Virus record (IMG/VR): IMGVR_UViG_3300038675_000345 | Coordinates: 1-32,655 of that record | Direction: 5' to 3' (one strand) | Length of the DNA stretch: 32,655 bases | From: a virus | Lineage: Duplodnaviria > Caudoviricetes | Part shown: positions 17,452-26,732 of the stretch, piece by piece | Position numbering within the stretch: position 1 is the stretch's first letter | Layout of the letters: every line of letters starts with the position of its first letter | Made by a program: the position numbers and the translations under genes | The notes under the pieces: generated by a model | Database searches by the model: none | Told to the model about the DNA's origin: nothing | Seen by the model: the letters and a program-made list of their open reading frames with translations, nothing else

Positions 17452-17889
17452 TTATCCAAAGAACGTTGTAGGATACCATACATAAATAGAAGGTATAACT
17501 CTATTCTCTACAAAGTCGCTACCTAAAACATCAGCATATGCTTCTCTAAGTGCTGGTCTAATATAAGGAACTCCGTGCATGTACTTCCACCTGCTAGTAC
17601 CAAACTCTATATACCCAGCGTAAGGTTGCGTAGCATAGGCTAGTATTTGAATAGAGCTAGGCGAAATCAAAGTCTTTACACCTATAGAATCTCTCAACCT
17701 ACCAGTATCAACTAGAACTTTATCCTTAGCAACTTTCTTAAAAATTTCTCCACACTCAGTTAGTTTAAGCCCTAATGTATATATCCTATCTTCAATAACA
17801 TATGTAGCACCTAAAGCTTCTGAATGGTATCCGCTGTACTTAGGAGCTGTAGCATTATAATTAGTATATACCTTAGATATTAATTTCAC
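17452..17889 (-). CDS. HK97 gp10-like neck/tail component
   Basis: Motifs VDTGRLRDSI, YAGYIEFGT and PYIRPA. Confidence 0.9.
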   Translation of the reverse strand: MKLISKVYTNYNATAPKYSGYHSEALGATYVIEDRIYTLGLKLTECGEIFKKVAKDKVLVDTGRLRDSIGVKTLISPSSIQILAYATQPYAGYIEFGTSRWKYMHGVPYIRPALREAYADVLGSDFVENRVIPSIYVWYPTTFFG

Positions 17890-18254
17890 TGCTTCACCAA
17901 CAACGCCATATAACCAAAAGGCTCTAATTTAGGCTTTATAACATCGTATACATCAGATCCTATATATAATTTATCTCCATCTAATAATGTAACCGTAGCA
18001 CCTGCGTCTGTATAATCATTTACATAAGCATCGTAATAATTTTTAAATTCTATGCCCTCAATAGTTAACTCTTTTGGAGGATAACGTCTAACTTTATAAG
18101 ACATACTAACTGAAGAATACACTTTAGACAACGTGCCTAATACAGTCTGCCCTAGTGAATTTGTAGTAGTAGAGTACCTATAAACATCTGCTTTATGACC
18201 ATAGGTATAATTATGTTGTCTTATTAAATTATATGCAGATGTTAATGCTCCCAT
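17886..18254 (-). CDS. Head closure / head-tail joining protein (122 aa, start revised)
   Basis: ATG at 18254 (MGALTSAY) has a GGAGTGGTGA RBS and removes the overlap with the upstream gene. Beta-rich, with TNSLGQTV and GDKLYIGSDVYDV patterns typical of closure proteins. Confidence 0.7.
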   Translation of the reverse strand: MGALTSAYNLIRQHNYTYGHKADVYRYSTTTNSLGQTVLGTLSKVYSSVSMSYKVRRYPPKELTIEGIEFKNYYDAYVNDYTDAGATVTLLDGDKLYIGSDVYDVIKPKLEPFGYMALLVKQ

Positions 18255-18255
18255 A

Positions 18256-18891
18256 TCACCACTCCGTAGTAAAAGGATAATTAATAATATCCGAAGTATT
18301 TTTAAATGAAGGTACATCGTCTCTAATATAACCAACCTGTGGAGATATAGCAGACAACGCTTCTAAATACCTTTCATAATAAGTTTTATAACCTTGCTTA
18401 GATGACTTACTCGTATCATAAGTAACTTTCATAATTCCATTATCAACAGACTGTATTGTATCCTCACTGTAGTATAGACTAAGCGCTCTTAAAGACATAA
18501 AATGACATAAAAGATACGCAAAAGCTTCTCCATGAATATCTGGTATTGTACATTCTGTAGTACTAAATTTGTGAACAGTATAATAATACATATTAATATC
18601 ATCATATCCTATTGGTGTATAAAACTTTAACTTATTTAAACTAGCTATAAATTCAAAATTAGTCAATTCATACTCATAACTATCTATACTAACTGTACAT
18701 TTAATATTAGAAGAGTAAACTGGTTCGTCTAAAACTATTTCTGTTTCTCCTAAAACATCTTCATAAGTTTCCTCTATCATGAGAGGAAACTTTTTAGAAT
18801 ACATTCGCAAAGCATAACTAATAATACCGTCAGGCGGGGTAGAATACCCCTCCTGAACGGTAACAATAGCTAATATCTCCGCCCTAGTCAT
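18256..18891 (-). CDS. Head-tail adaptor (connector) protein (211 aa)
   Basis: Position. Helical N- and C-terminal parts (AFAYLLCHFMSL, IQSVDNGIMKVTY, TYYERYLEAL) are typical of gp6/gp15-like adaptors. Confidence 0.7.
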   Translation of the reverse strand: MTRAEILAIVTVQEGYSTPPDGIISYALRMYSKKFPLMIEETYEDVLGETEIVLDEPVYSSNIKCTVSIDSYEYELTNFEFIASLNKLKFYTPIGYDDINMYYYTVHKFSTTECTIPDIHGEAFAYLLCHFMSLRALSLYYSEDTIQSVDNGIMKVTYDTSKSSKQGYKTYYERYLEALSAISPQVGYIRDDVPSFKNTSDIINYPFTTEW

Positions 18892-18895
18892 TTTA

Positions 18896-19150
18896 TTACC
18901 TTAATACCTTACCCTTTGCAGGGATAATATACTTTCTACCATTTTTAAAAACAACTAAAGGTCTTGAAGACATATTATAAATATATTTTTCACTATCTTC
19001 TATATCCACAGGCTTACTAGAACCTAAAACTTTCTTAGCCTCAGCCTTACTTATAAAATTAACTTTATCAAGAACAACATCTTCTGCAGATGTTACTAAG
19101 TCTTGAGACTTTGGTTTAGGACTTGCACTTTTCTGTTTAGGCATATACAC
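18896..19150 (-). CDS. Small basic hypothetical protein of the head module
   Basis: AGGAGG RBS, co-oriented and tightly packed. Start is GTG 19150 or ATG 19144. Confidence 0.75.
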   Translation of the reverse strand: MYMPKQKSASPKPKSQDLVTSAEDVVLDKVNFISKAEAKKVLGSSKPVDIEDSEKYIYNMSSRPLVVFKNGRKYIIPAKGKVLR

Positions 19151-19190
19151 ACGTACCTCCTTTGTATTATTACTCTTTAAATATTAAAAA

Positions 19191-20483
19191 TTAAAGAGAG
19201 CTAAGAGTTATCTTCTTCCAGCCCGTGCTATCTTCCGTATCATCAACTGCAATATACAAATAGCTTGCATCCCACATTATAGTACCAGCAACCGCAGGAG
19301 TACCATCAGCACCATCTACCAGAGTCTCGTCATCCCACTCACCATTTACACAAGTTGTAGTAGTAGCTATTTCATTACCTGCATCTCCGTCATCATCCGC
19401 TTCTACATCCATAGTACCATCTAGATTATCTGTAGGAGTATAGGTACCGTCACCGCTAAGAAGAATCGCTGCCGCCAATGCAGCTACTGCCTCTATATTA
19501 GTAGCATCAGAACCTCCTGACATATACTCTACGCCTTCGCCCCAAGTAGCACTAGGCGAATCAGTAGAAACAGCAACAGCATTACCAAGACTGCCATCAA
19601 CAGCTCCCGCAGCATCCGCAGTAACTACAACAGTATCATCATCTCCATCAACCGCAGCAACATCAATAGTGTTATGAGTTTCAATAGCCAACGCCAACGC
19701 AGTAACACATGCAGCAGCAGTAGCATCTGCTCCACTAACAAGGTGTTCTGCCCCCCAAGTAGCGCTTGCACAAGTTGTAGTAGTAGCTATACTATTATCA
19801 GCAAATCTGTGATAATCACCAGTAACAACTACTGTATTACCCGCACCATCAACTGCACTAAGAGGCTGTGTACCGGCAGCTTCTATAGCAGCAACGAGAG
19901 CTATTACAGCAGAAGGGGCGTCAGTATTAGCACCAACAAATACCTGTATATTACCTTCAGTAACTGTATCATTAGTATCGAACTCGAATGTATCATCACC
20001 AATAACAACAACTTCGCCATCAGAAACACCATCAGAAAAACTCAACGTTCCTGTAGCAGCAGTAGATACTAGGGAAAGGTCTATAGCTATATTAGTGCCA
20101 CTAGCAGTGCCAGTCGTGGTAGCCTCGTAAACATCCTCACCAATAGTCACTGTTTCCCCATCAAGCATAGATCCGCTAATAATAAGAGTAGCAGTAGCCT
20201 GAGTCTTAGTACCTCCACTAATGTCTACAGCAATATTACCTTCTTCAACAGAAGCATCCGCATCAAATTCATATACATCAGTGCCTATTGTAACCGTCTC
20301 CCCATCACAAACAACACCATCTATAGTAAGCAATCCGGTTGCAGCCGCTGTCTTAACAGGTGTATCACTTACAAAAGTTCCTATCCATTCTCCAGAATCA
20401 TTTATAACCAGTATAGGGGCCTCATTAGGCCCTACCTCAAGCCCCTGTAATGATCTCAAAAGTGTAACTATACTAGTGGCCAT
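19191..20483 (-). CDS. Acidic repeat-containing virion protein, probable capsid fibre/decoration (430 aa)
   Basis: Immediately after the capsid gene with a GGAGGT RBS. Three DGExVxIG repeats are followed by three ALxxAI...W repeats, then a C-terminal AGTIMWDASYLYIAV...WKKITL motif seen in phage structural proteins. Confidence 0.65.
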   Translation of the reverse strand: MATSIVTLLRSLQGLEVGPNEAPILVINDSGEWIGTFVSDTPVKTAAATGLLTIDGVVCDGETVTIGTDVYEFDADASVEEGNIAVDISGGTKTQATATLIISGSMLDGETVTIGEDVYEATTTGTASGTNIAIDLSLVSTAATGTLSFSDGVSDGEVVVIGDDTFEFDTNDTVTEGNIQVFVGANTDAPSAVIALVAAIEAAGTQPLSAVDGAGNTVVVTGDYHRFADNSIATTTTCASATWGAEHLVSGADATAAACVTALALAIETHNTIDVAAVDGDDDTVVVTADAAGAVDGSLGNAVAVSTDSPSATWGEGVEYMSGGSDATNIEAVAALAAAILLSGDGTYTPTDNLDGTMDVEADDDGDAGNEIATTTTCVNGEWDDETLVDGADGTPAVAGTIMWDASYLYIAVDDTEDSTGWKKITLSSL

Positions 20484-20508
20484 ATTATAACCTCCAAAAT
20501 TTAAATAA

Positions 20509-20539
20509 CTAAAAGGGGAGCGATAATCCCCCCTTTTAG
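20509..20539 (-). terminator. Rho-independent terminator after the major capsid gene
   Basis: Stem CTAAAAGGGG / CCCCTTTTAG directly after the capsid stop codon, followed by T-rich sequence on the minus strand. Confidence 0.8.
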
Positions 20540-20540
20540 G

Positions 20541-21782
20541 TTAGATCTTTGCCGAATAAGCAGATATTATAACTTTATTATCAGTTGGAGCAGCATAACC
20601 ACTAGAAGTAGCAACAGCACCTGTTTCAAGATCAATGAATATAGTGTAATCGGCAACTGTAGTAGGAATACTCTCAGTTCTGCTATCCCAAGTTTCTATA
20701 GTAAGAGAAGTATCTCCATCTCCATCTTTACCCGTAAGCGTTTCAGTAGGATGTACGGGGAAATGAGCCAGCGTACCTTTGCCATCAGTAAGAGTTACAG
20801 TTTCAGCAGTATAATCGTCAAAAAGAATAACTCTAGCAAGAGCTTCACCAATATATACCATCATGGCTGTTCTGGTTCTTACGACCCATTCTGATCTATC
20901 ATATTCCCCATCATACCCACCTGCTCTGTATTCCATAGGAATATAAACACCATAAACTCCAAATACCTTCTTTTCACCAACAATCATCATACCACCAGTC
21001 ATATTAAGTGAACTAAATACCTGAAGCCCTTTAACCTTACCAACTTCTCCCTGAAGAGCATTGTCGCCTGCAGACTTATACCCTGCAATTCTAACAAGAT
21101 AGTTTTCCATATCAGGAGAAATAAGAGCAAAATCAGCATTAAACTTCTGCTCTGCAACACATACTACCGCAGAAACTATTGCATCATAAAGCGTTTCACC
21201 GTACTCCATAGACGGATGAAGTGTGTACCAGTCTGCAGGAATATTTATGTCCCACCATACGTCACCAGCAGCAGCACCAGCAACCATAGCATCTATAAGA
21301 GCCTCATCAATCTGATTAGCAATATCCTTTATATCATACTCAATAACTCTCTGAAGAACAGGAAGACCTGCAACGTTAGCGTCCTCAAGAGCTTCAGAAG
21401 TAAGAATAGACCTATAAGCCCTCTTAACAGCCACCATAGGAAGATTGGTTGTGCTTATCTTCGTTGTGGTAATTCTGTTATTTTCATCAACCGTAGCAAC
21501 GGTAGACTCCTTTGTAAAAGTAAGTTTCGGAATCGCCCATGCAGAAGCTGGCATTCTCATAACTTCATAAAGATTAAGAGAAACTATCTTAGCATAAATA
21601 ACTGGAATAACTCTCTTAGCAATTGCCGTTGGTTTTATAGAACTAGTATCTGTAGTCAGATTGTATATATTAGACTCAGACATAAAATAATTATCTTTCA
21701 AAAGTTCAGATTCATTTTCCATACCAAATTCTTTTAGCGTAGTACCGATTAACTTAATAACCTCTTTATCAAGCCTTACCAT
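20541..21782 (-). CDS. Major capsid protein (HK97 fold) with C-terminal extension (413 aa)
   Basis: Follows protease/scaffold. HK97-like pattern: ILTSEALED, IANQIDEALI, ADFALISP, VGKVKGLQVFSS, VRTRTAM...EALARV. Confidence 0.92.
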   Translation of the reverse strand: MVRLDKEVIKLIGTTLKEFGMENESELLKDNYFMSESNIYNLTTDTSSIKPTAIAKRVIPVIYAKIVSLNLYEVMRMPASAWAIPKLTFTKESTVATVDENNRITTTKISTTNLPMVAVKRAYRSILTSEALEDANVAGLPVLQRVIEYDIKDIANQIDEALIDAMVAGAAAGDVWWDINIPADWYTLHPSMEYGETLYDAIVSAVVCVAEQKFNADFALISPDMENYLVRIAGYKSAGDNALQGEVGKVKGLQVFSSLNMTGGMMIVGEKKVFGVYGVYIPMEYRAGGYDGEYDRSEWVVRTRTAMMVYIGEALARVILFDDYTAETVTLTDGKGTLAHFPVHPTETLTGKDGDGDTSLTIETWDSRTESIPTTVADYTIFIDLETGAVATSSGYAAPTDNKVIISAYSAKI

Positions 21783-21784
21783 AA

Positions 21785-22480
21785 TTAGTTTCCTCCCATA
21801 TATTTGACATCATCGTCTGTCAAGAGTATTCCGTACTCCTCAAACAAATTAACTGCCTCTTCTTTGATTGGATTTTTTACGTCCAATTTCTTACCATCGA
21901 CAACATCACCCTTGTTAAGTATAGCTTCTTTAGCAGTCGTAGTTATCGTAGCTTCTCCAAACTCACTCAAAAGTTCATTATAAGACTCCACAACTTTATT
22001 TACTTCAGCTGCAAAAGCATTTACTCCAGCACCTATATCTTCACCTAATTCAAAAGTTACTGCTTCTATATCAGCCACTATTTTACTATAAATCTTCTTA
22101 TCTTTCCAAGGATCAAACTTATTAATAGCTTCAGCAAGTATCTTAGTAGCAATCTCCTTGGTATACTTATTTACATTTTCCAATAAAGATTCATACATAC
22201 CTTTCCAATCAATAATATATTCTTTAGGTTTATCTTCAATTTCTTCAACTTCTTCTTCTACTTTAGTATCTACAATATCTTCAATCTTATCTTTAGTATC
22301 TTCTATTTTATGCCCATCTTCTTCAACTTTCTCTTCAGGTACTTCAACATTTTCAACCTCAGGTTTAACATTATCACTTACATCTATATCATTAGAAGAT
22401 GTATCTTCAACTTCAGTATCTTTAGAAGTATCTACAATATCTTCAATATTCTCTTTAAGTGCCTTTTCGAGATCTTCCAT
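21785..22480 (-). CDS. Probable nested in-frame scaffold protein (231 aa)
   Basis: Internal GGGAGGAGG lies 8 nt before an in-frame ATG (MEDLEKALK) at the protease/acidic boundary. Confidence 0.6.
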   Translation of the reverse strand: MEDLEKALKENIEDIVDTSKDTEVEDTSSNDIDVSDNVKPEVENVEVPEEKVEEDGHKIEDTKDKIEDIVDTKVEEEVEEIEDKPKEYIIDWKGMYESLLENVNKYTKEIATKILAEAINKFDPWKDKKIYSKIVADIEAVTFELGEDIGAGVNAFAAEVNKVVESYNELLSEFGEATITTTAKEAILNKGDVVDGKKLDVKNPIKEEAVNLFEEYGILLTDDDVKYMGGN

Positions 22481-23065
22481 TTCAACTTCCTCCTCCCTGT
22501 TAAATGCTGTTTCTAACAATTCCAACTCTTCTCTAGAAACAGACTTTACTTTTGCTACTGGAATACCTGTTCTTGTAGCAACAAAATCTATACCAAAAAA
22601 CTCTGCTTCTATTATAGACGTATAAATAGCATCTTTAAGTTTAGCCTCTTTCAACTTTATCGGCCAATACCTTACAGACACTCCCTCCAACATCTTATCT
22701 TCAAGAAGAGTAGTAATGTCCTTAGCCGCAGCAGTCCTAGCCATCTTAGCTTTAAACCAAGCTAATTTAGTTTCAGTATCATACCTAGCCTCTAATACTC
22801 TAGCTACAGTAGAAAGTGTTTCATCTGACGGCCAATGATTAGTCCACATAGTAATTATATTTTTATTGCTGTTAATTTGCTCTACAAAATTCTTTACTAT
22901 ACCTTCAGAATAAAATCTATTATTTTTAGAAATGACATCACCTTTTAAAAACACGCCTTCTATGTAAACAGAACCATCCGCAGCTTCTTCAACTTTAGAA
23001 ATTTCAGTAAGAAATTCTTCAGTAATAAACTTAGCTTTCTTATTTATTTCTACTTCAACAGACAT
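21785..23065 (-). CDS. Prohead protease fused to scaffold (426 aa)
   Basis: N-terminal IEGVFLKGDVISKNNRFYS, NHWP, GVSVR and IDFVA motifs resemble T4 gp21-like head proteases. The C-terminal half is acidic and helical. Confidence 0.88.
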   Translation of the reverse strand: MSVEVEINKKAKFITEEFLTEISKVEEAADGSVYIEGVFLKGDVISKNNRFYSEGIVKNFVEQINSNKNIITMWTNHWPSDETLSTVARVLEARYDTETKLAWFKAKMARTAAAKDITTLLEDKMLEGVSVRYWPIKLKEAKLKDAIYTSIIEAEFFGIDFVATRTGIPVAKVKSVSREELELLETAFNREEEVEMEDLEKALKENIEDIVDTSKDTEVEDTSSNDIDVSDNVKPEVENVEVPEEKVEEDGHKIEDTKDKIEDIVDTKVEEEVEEIEDKPKEYIIDWKGMYESLLENVNKYTKEIATKILAEAINKFDPWKDKKIYSKIVADIEAVTFELGEDIGAGVNAFAAEVNKVVESYNELLSEFGEATITTTAKEAILNKGDVVDGKKLDVKNPIKEEAVNLFEEYGILLTDDDVKYMGGN

Positions 23066-23075
23066 ACTTTATACC

Positions 23076-23297
23076 TCACTTAGCAATATCCTCACCGCCA
23101 TCCTTCTTTACTGGAACAGCAGATCCTATAAGCTGTAATTTAGCAAACTCTAGAAGTCCTATAGCTTCCTGCAACTTAACTTCCTTTTCCATACCTTCAA
23201 TAAACTTAACAATAACATTCCCATCCTCAGATACAACTGCAGCTATACCGTACTTTACCTTAATATCATTTTCTACTTTCTTCTCAACATCTGACAT
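23076..23297 (-). CDS. Hypothetical protein (73 aa)
   Basis: AGGAGGT RBS, fills the gap between portal and protease. Confidence 0.8.
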   Translation of the reverse strand: MSDVEKKVENDIKVKYGIAAVVSEDGNVIVKFIEGMEKEVKLQEAIGLLEFAKLQLIGSAVPVKKDGGEDIAK

Positions 23298-23319
23298 AAT
23301 AACCTCCTAAAATATATGA

Positions 23320-24768
23320 TTACTTTTCCACAGGTTCTATACCTGCAGCACTCTGTAATTTAAAACCGTCTACAACATCTTTCCAGTCAATGCCCAATAT
23401 GTTAGACAGTACAGGCATTGGGAAATTGTTATACTTATTATTCAATCTAGCTACTATTTGTGAAGCCTCCAATATGTCCACAAGACCAGTGTTATCATTA
23501 GTAACTTCAACATAAAAATCATCAGGGTCTATATTATTAAGTATTAACTCAGTAACTACTAACTGCTCAGTGTTATTAATTCTTTCCTGTTTTAATACGT
23601 TAAACAATCCTTTAAGAAACTTGATCTGTATATCCATAGTAGCCCTATTTACAGACTCTCCAGTACCTATAAGTCCCGGAGGCACTAATAATCCTATTTG
23701 AAATAAATCATTAAAATATTCAACATCATCAACATAATTAAAAGTATTACCATCAGAGGCAACGCTCTTTACATCCCATCTACCATTAGAAAAAATATCT
23801 AATGAGGCTCCAGAATTATTGGCAATAGCTTGTTTTATTTGCCGAACATATGCACTTATTTCCTCGTCTGTAGGCAACGAAGCTTGCTCTTTCATAGACT
23901 CAGGTAGATTAGAAAAAGACGGAAAGTGAAATCGAGTCTGAACTGATCTAGTCTTTCTAGAAAGCATCATAAAATTCTCTATCTGCCTAGTTATGGCACT
24001 AACATTCATCGTATTAGCAAAAAGCCCACTTCCAATGTAATCATCAGACAAAAAAGAAAAATGCAATACTTGATGTGGTAACAATGCCATAGGATTAAAG
24101 TATTCATTTGTATAGTATAGCCACCTCTCTATAATTCCTTTCTTAGAAACATCAGGAAATACTTTTTCTAATGGTAAACTTTCTAATGATAAAATATTAT
24201 CAGAATCATAAACTATTTCATAAAAAGAATCTCCATATTTAACAGCTCTATAAATACCATCAAACATTATTCTATTCAAATCAATTCTAAGTAATAGTGA
24301 ATCTATTATACCTTTATACATTAATTCAAAATTTAATGTTTTTTTAGCTTCTAATAATATCTCTTTAATACTTTTATCCGAAACATTATCAATTAACTTT
24401 TCTATTACCATTGTAGTTAAAGACTGCTCTTCCATCATAGCTAATAATTTACTAACTATATCTTCTCTTCCATGAACATACTTTAAAACAGTCATTATAT
24501 CTTCCAAAGGAATAGCATTTTTAGGCAATACCCGTATCTTGTACTTATCTGACAATGCAGCAGAGGTTATTAATGAAGTAGCCTTAAATAAACGAGAGTC
24601 GGCAGACAATAATTTACCAGTTTTAGAATCAATAGTAGTAATCCTGTTCAACCATTTCTCATTTATAGTAGAAATGTCAAACTCAGACAATCCAGTCTTC
24701 TTATTTTTAGAAATATAAGACCTATCATAAAGTTGTGAATTATTAAAAGTATCACGTCTTCTTTCCAC
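23320..24768 (-). CDS. Portal protein (482 aa)
   Basis: Follows terminase. Motifs AVKYGDSFYEIV, HQVLHF and DVEYF...LLVPPGLIG...NRAT. GTG start. Confidence 0.9.
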   Translation of the reverse strand: MERRRDTFNNSQLYDRSYISKNKKTGLSEFDISTINEKWLNRITTIDSKTGKLLSADSRLFKATSLITSAALSDKYKIRVLPKNAIPLEDIMTVLKYVHGREDIVSKLLAMMEEQSLTTMVIEKLIDNVSDKSIKEILLEAKKTLNFELMYKGIIDSLLLRIDLNRIMFDGIYRAVKYGDSFYEIVYDSDNILSLESLPLEKVFPDVSKKGIIERWLYYTNEYFNPMALLPHQVLHFSFLSDDYIGSGLFANTMNVSAITRQIENFMMLSRKTRSVQTRFHFPSFSNLPESMKEQASLPTDEEISAYVRQIKQAIANNSGASLDIFSNGRWDVKSVASDGNTFNYVDDVEYFNDLFQIGLLVPPGLIGTGESVNRATMDIQIKFLKGLFNVLKQERINNTEQLVVTELILNNIDPDDFYVEVTNDNTGLVDILEASQIVARLNNKYNNFPMPVLSNILGIDWKDVVDGFKLQSAAGIEPVEK

Positions 24769-24770
24769 TA

Positions 24771-26351
24771 TTATCTCCCAACATCAAAATAATCTCTAAG
24801 AAAATCAACATCAAAACTATCATCATCTACCCAAAACATATCTCCATCTTTTTTCACAATTCCATCAGTTGAATCCTTAACTTTACTTAAATCATCTTCA
24901 TTTATAGAAGCTATACCAGCAGACAAATACCCTAATGAAACTGGAGCAACTTTAGTTATATAATATAACGCAAACGCTAAAGACATTACAGTATCATCGT
25001 GCCGTCCAACAGAAATTATCTTACCGTCTTTATTTAAAAAAGCAGACAACTCTTCCACAAGTACAGAAACGTATTCCATAGTATCAGGACTATCTTCATT
25101 AGCAGGTATAATAATCCTCTTTTTTTGAAATTCAAAATTTAAATTAGCCAAAATAGAGTTCTTAGTATATCTATTAGTGTTTATAGTCTTAATAAAATGA
25201 CCTTTTCGCTGTAATACCCTAACTATTGCTATTTGCTGCCCTGTATCTTCTGCTACTATAACGTCTGCCTTATACCTTCTAGTCATATCGTCTAAAATAT
25301 CACTTATAATTAAATCATCTACGCCTTTAGCTCTCCAAACATCAACAATTCTAGCTGATGAACCTACAAGAGATACTACTGTTATAACTGTAAAGTCTGC
25401 TCTGTGGGCTTCACTAAATGCAAAATCTACTCCTATGACTGTAAATCTTGAATCTGGTGCTGAATCACCTAGCTTGGATCTAACCCTCATAGCTTCGTTA
25501 ATATACTTATATTTAAAATAGGACATCTCTGAAGAAACAGGTCGCAACATTATTTCTCTTTCAAACGCATAGTCCCCTATCTCTGCTTTTAGTGCTAATA
25601 AGTCTTCTTTAGTCCAGTACTCTTTCCAAAAAACCTCGCCTTCATCATTCATTCCGGGATATTCTCTATAAACATACCTAGCGTTCTCTTTTAGTTCTGA
25701 ATACAAGTCATCGGATGATATAGGAGTTCCTACTATAATTAATTTACCTTTATTTGGAGGAGGCATTGGAGAAATAACGTTGTAAAAATTAAACTTAATC
25801 TGTAATGGTGTTGTGTTACTACTCTTTTCATTGTATATATCATCTAAAATAATTAAATCAGGATGCCTTCCACGTTTAACTGATCCCACACCCATAGCAG
25901 ACACTTCTATACCACTGTTTATACCTTCTACCGGAGCAGTCTTGAACCTAGTCTGCCCCCATACGCCCCTGCTCTGTAAATAATTGAGCCATGGGTTATT
26001 CTCTATCTCTTCTTTAATTAAACCAACCCTTCTCTCTGCTTCACCCGTTTCATACGAGATAATAAGTATTTCAGTCAAATCTCCACGAAACATTCTCCAC
26101 AAAGGATAACAAAAAGAGAAAAATACAGACTTAGAACTGGTACGATGAGCTAAAAAACATAACCTAGATCCAGAATTTAAATCATCTTCCCAAATAGCAT
26201 AATGAGCAGGAACACTATAACCTAAAATATTCTTTATAAAATAGGGTAAAGACTCTAATGCTGACAACATCATTTTAGCTTGTTTGACTGGATCATCAGG
26301 AACTGGTACTGGTGTTCTTACTACATCTATAATTGTATTAAGTTTCGGCAT
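24771..26351 (-). CDS. terL: Terminase large subunit (526 aa)
   Basis: RGRHPDLIILDD (Walker B), IIVGTP, IGVDFA...ADFT and HDDTVMSLA nuclease motifs. Walker A region is AHRTSSKS. Confidence 0.95.
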   Translation of the reverse strand: MPKLNTIIDVVRTPVPVPDDPVKQAKMMLSALESLPYFIKNILGYSVPAHYAIWEDDLNSGSRLCFLAHRTSSKSVFFSFCYPLWRMFRGDLTEILIISYETGEAERRVGLIKEEIENNPWLNYLQSRGVWGQTRFKTAPVEGINSGIEVSAMGVGSVKRGRHPDLIILDDIYNEKSSNTTPLQIKFNFYNVISPMPPPNKGKLIIVGTPISSDDLYSELKENARYVYREYPGMNDEGEVFWKEYWTKEDLLALKAEIGDYAFEREIMLRPVSSEMSYFKYKYINEAMRVRSKLGDSAPDSRFTVIGVDFAFSEAHRADFTVITVVSLVGSSARIVDVWRAKGVDDLIISDILDDMTRRYKADVIVAEDTGQQIAIVRVLQRKGHFIKTINTNRYTKNSILANLNFEFQKKRIIIPANEDSPDTMEYVSVLVEELSAFLNKDGKIISVGRHDDTVMSLAFALYYITKVAPVSLGYLSAGIASINEDDLSKVKDSTDGIVKKDGDMFWVDDDSFDVDFLRDYFDVGR

Positions 26352-26727
26352 CTTTCAGCCATCCCTTTAATACCTCATAAGCCTCTTTATTATAAAAATC
26401 AATTCTACCAAGAACCCACTCATTACACTTTATATAAATAACATCATAAAAATCAGATGTATAACCACTTCGTATACCATTAATAATCTCTTGATTATAG
26501 TCAACATAAATAGAATTTAAATCTATTGAAGCAACTTCAAAATTTCCAAACATTACTCTATTATCATCTAACAAAGCCATGGAATAAAAAGGTATGTCTA
26601 TTAATATGCTAAAATCATCTAATAATTTTTTTATATTTGAAGGAATATTATCTTTCAATGATTTATAAAACTTAATAATTACAAATCCTAAAAGATCTCC
26701 TTTATACGCAAACGATGCTAACCTCAC
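26338..26727 (-). CDS. Hypothetical protein (129 aa) between the terminase subunits
   Basis: Co-oriented, GAGGGG RBS, GTG start, short overlap with terL. Confidence 0.7.
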   Translation of the reverse strand: MRLASFAYKGDLLGFVIIKFYKSLKDNIPSNIKKLLDDFSILIDIPFYSMALLDDNRVMFGNFEVASIDLNSIYVDYNQEIINGIRSGYTSDFYDVIYIKCNEWVLGRIDFYNKEAYEVLKGWLKDAET

Positions 26728-26732
26728 ATGAA

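Noticed and set aside
18255-18335. Track start of the 149-aa ORF at 18335
   Set aside because: It overlaps the adaptor gene, and ATG 18254 has a better RBS.
19191-20483. Calling the 430-aa protein a tail sheath (myovirus)
   Set aside because: Only the outer-module-like repeats are present, there is no sheath core, and it sits in the head module.
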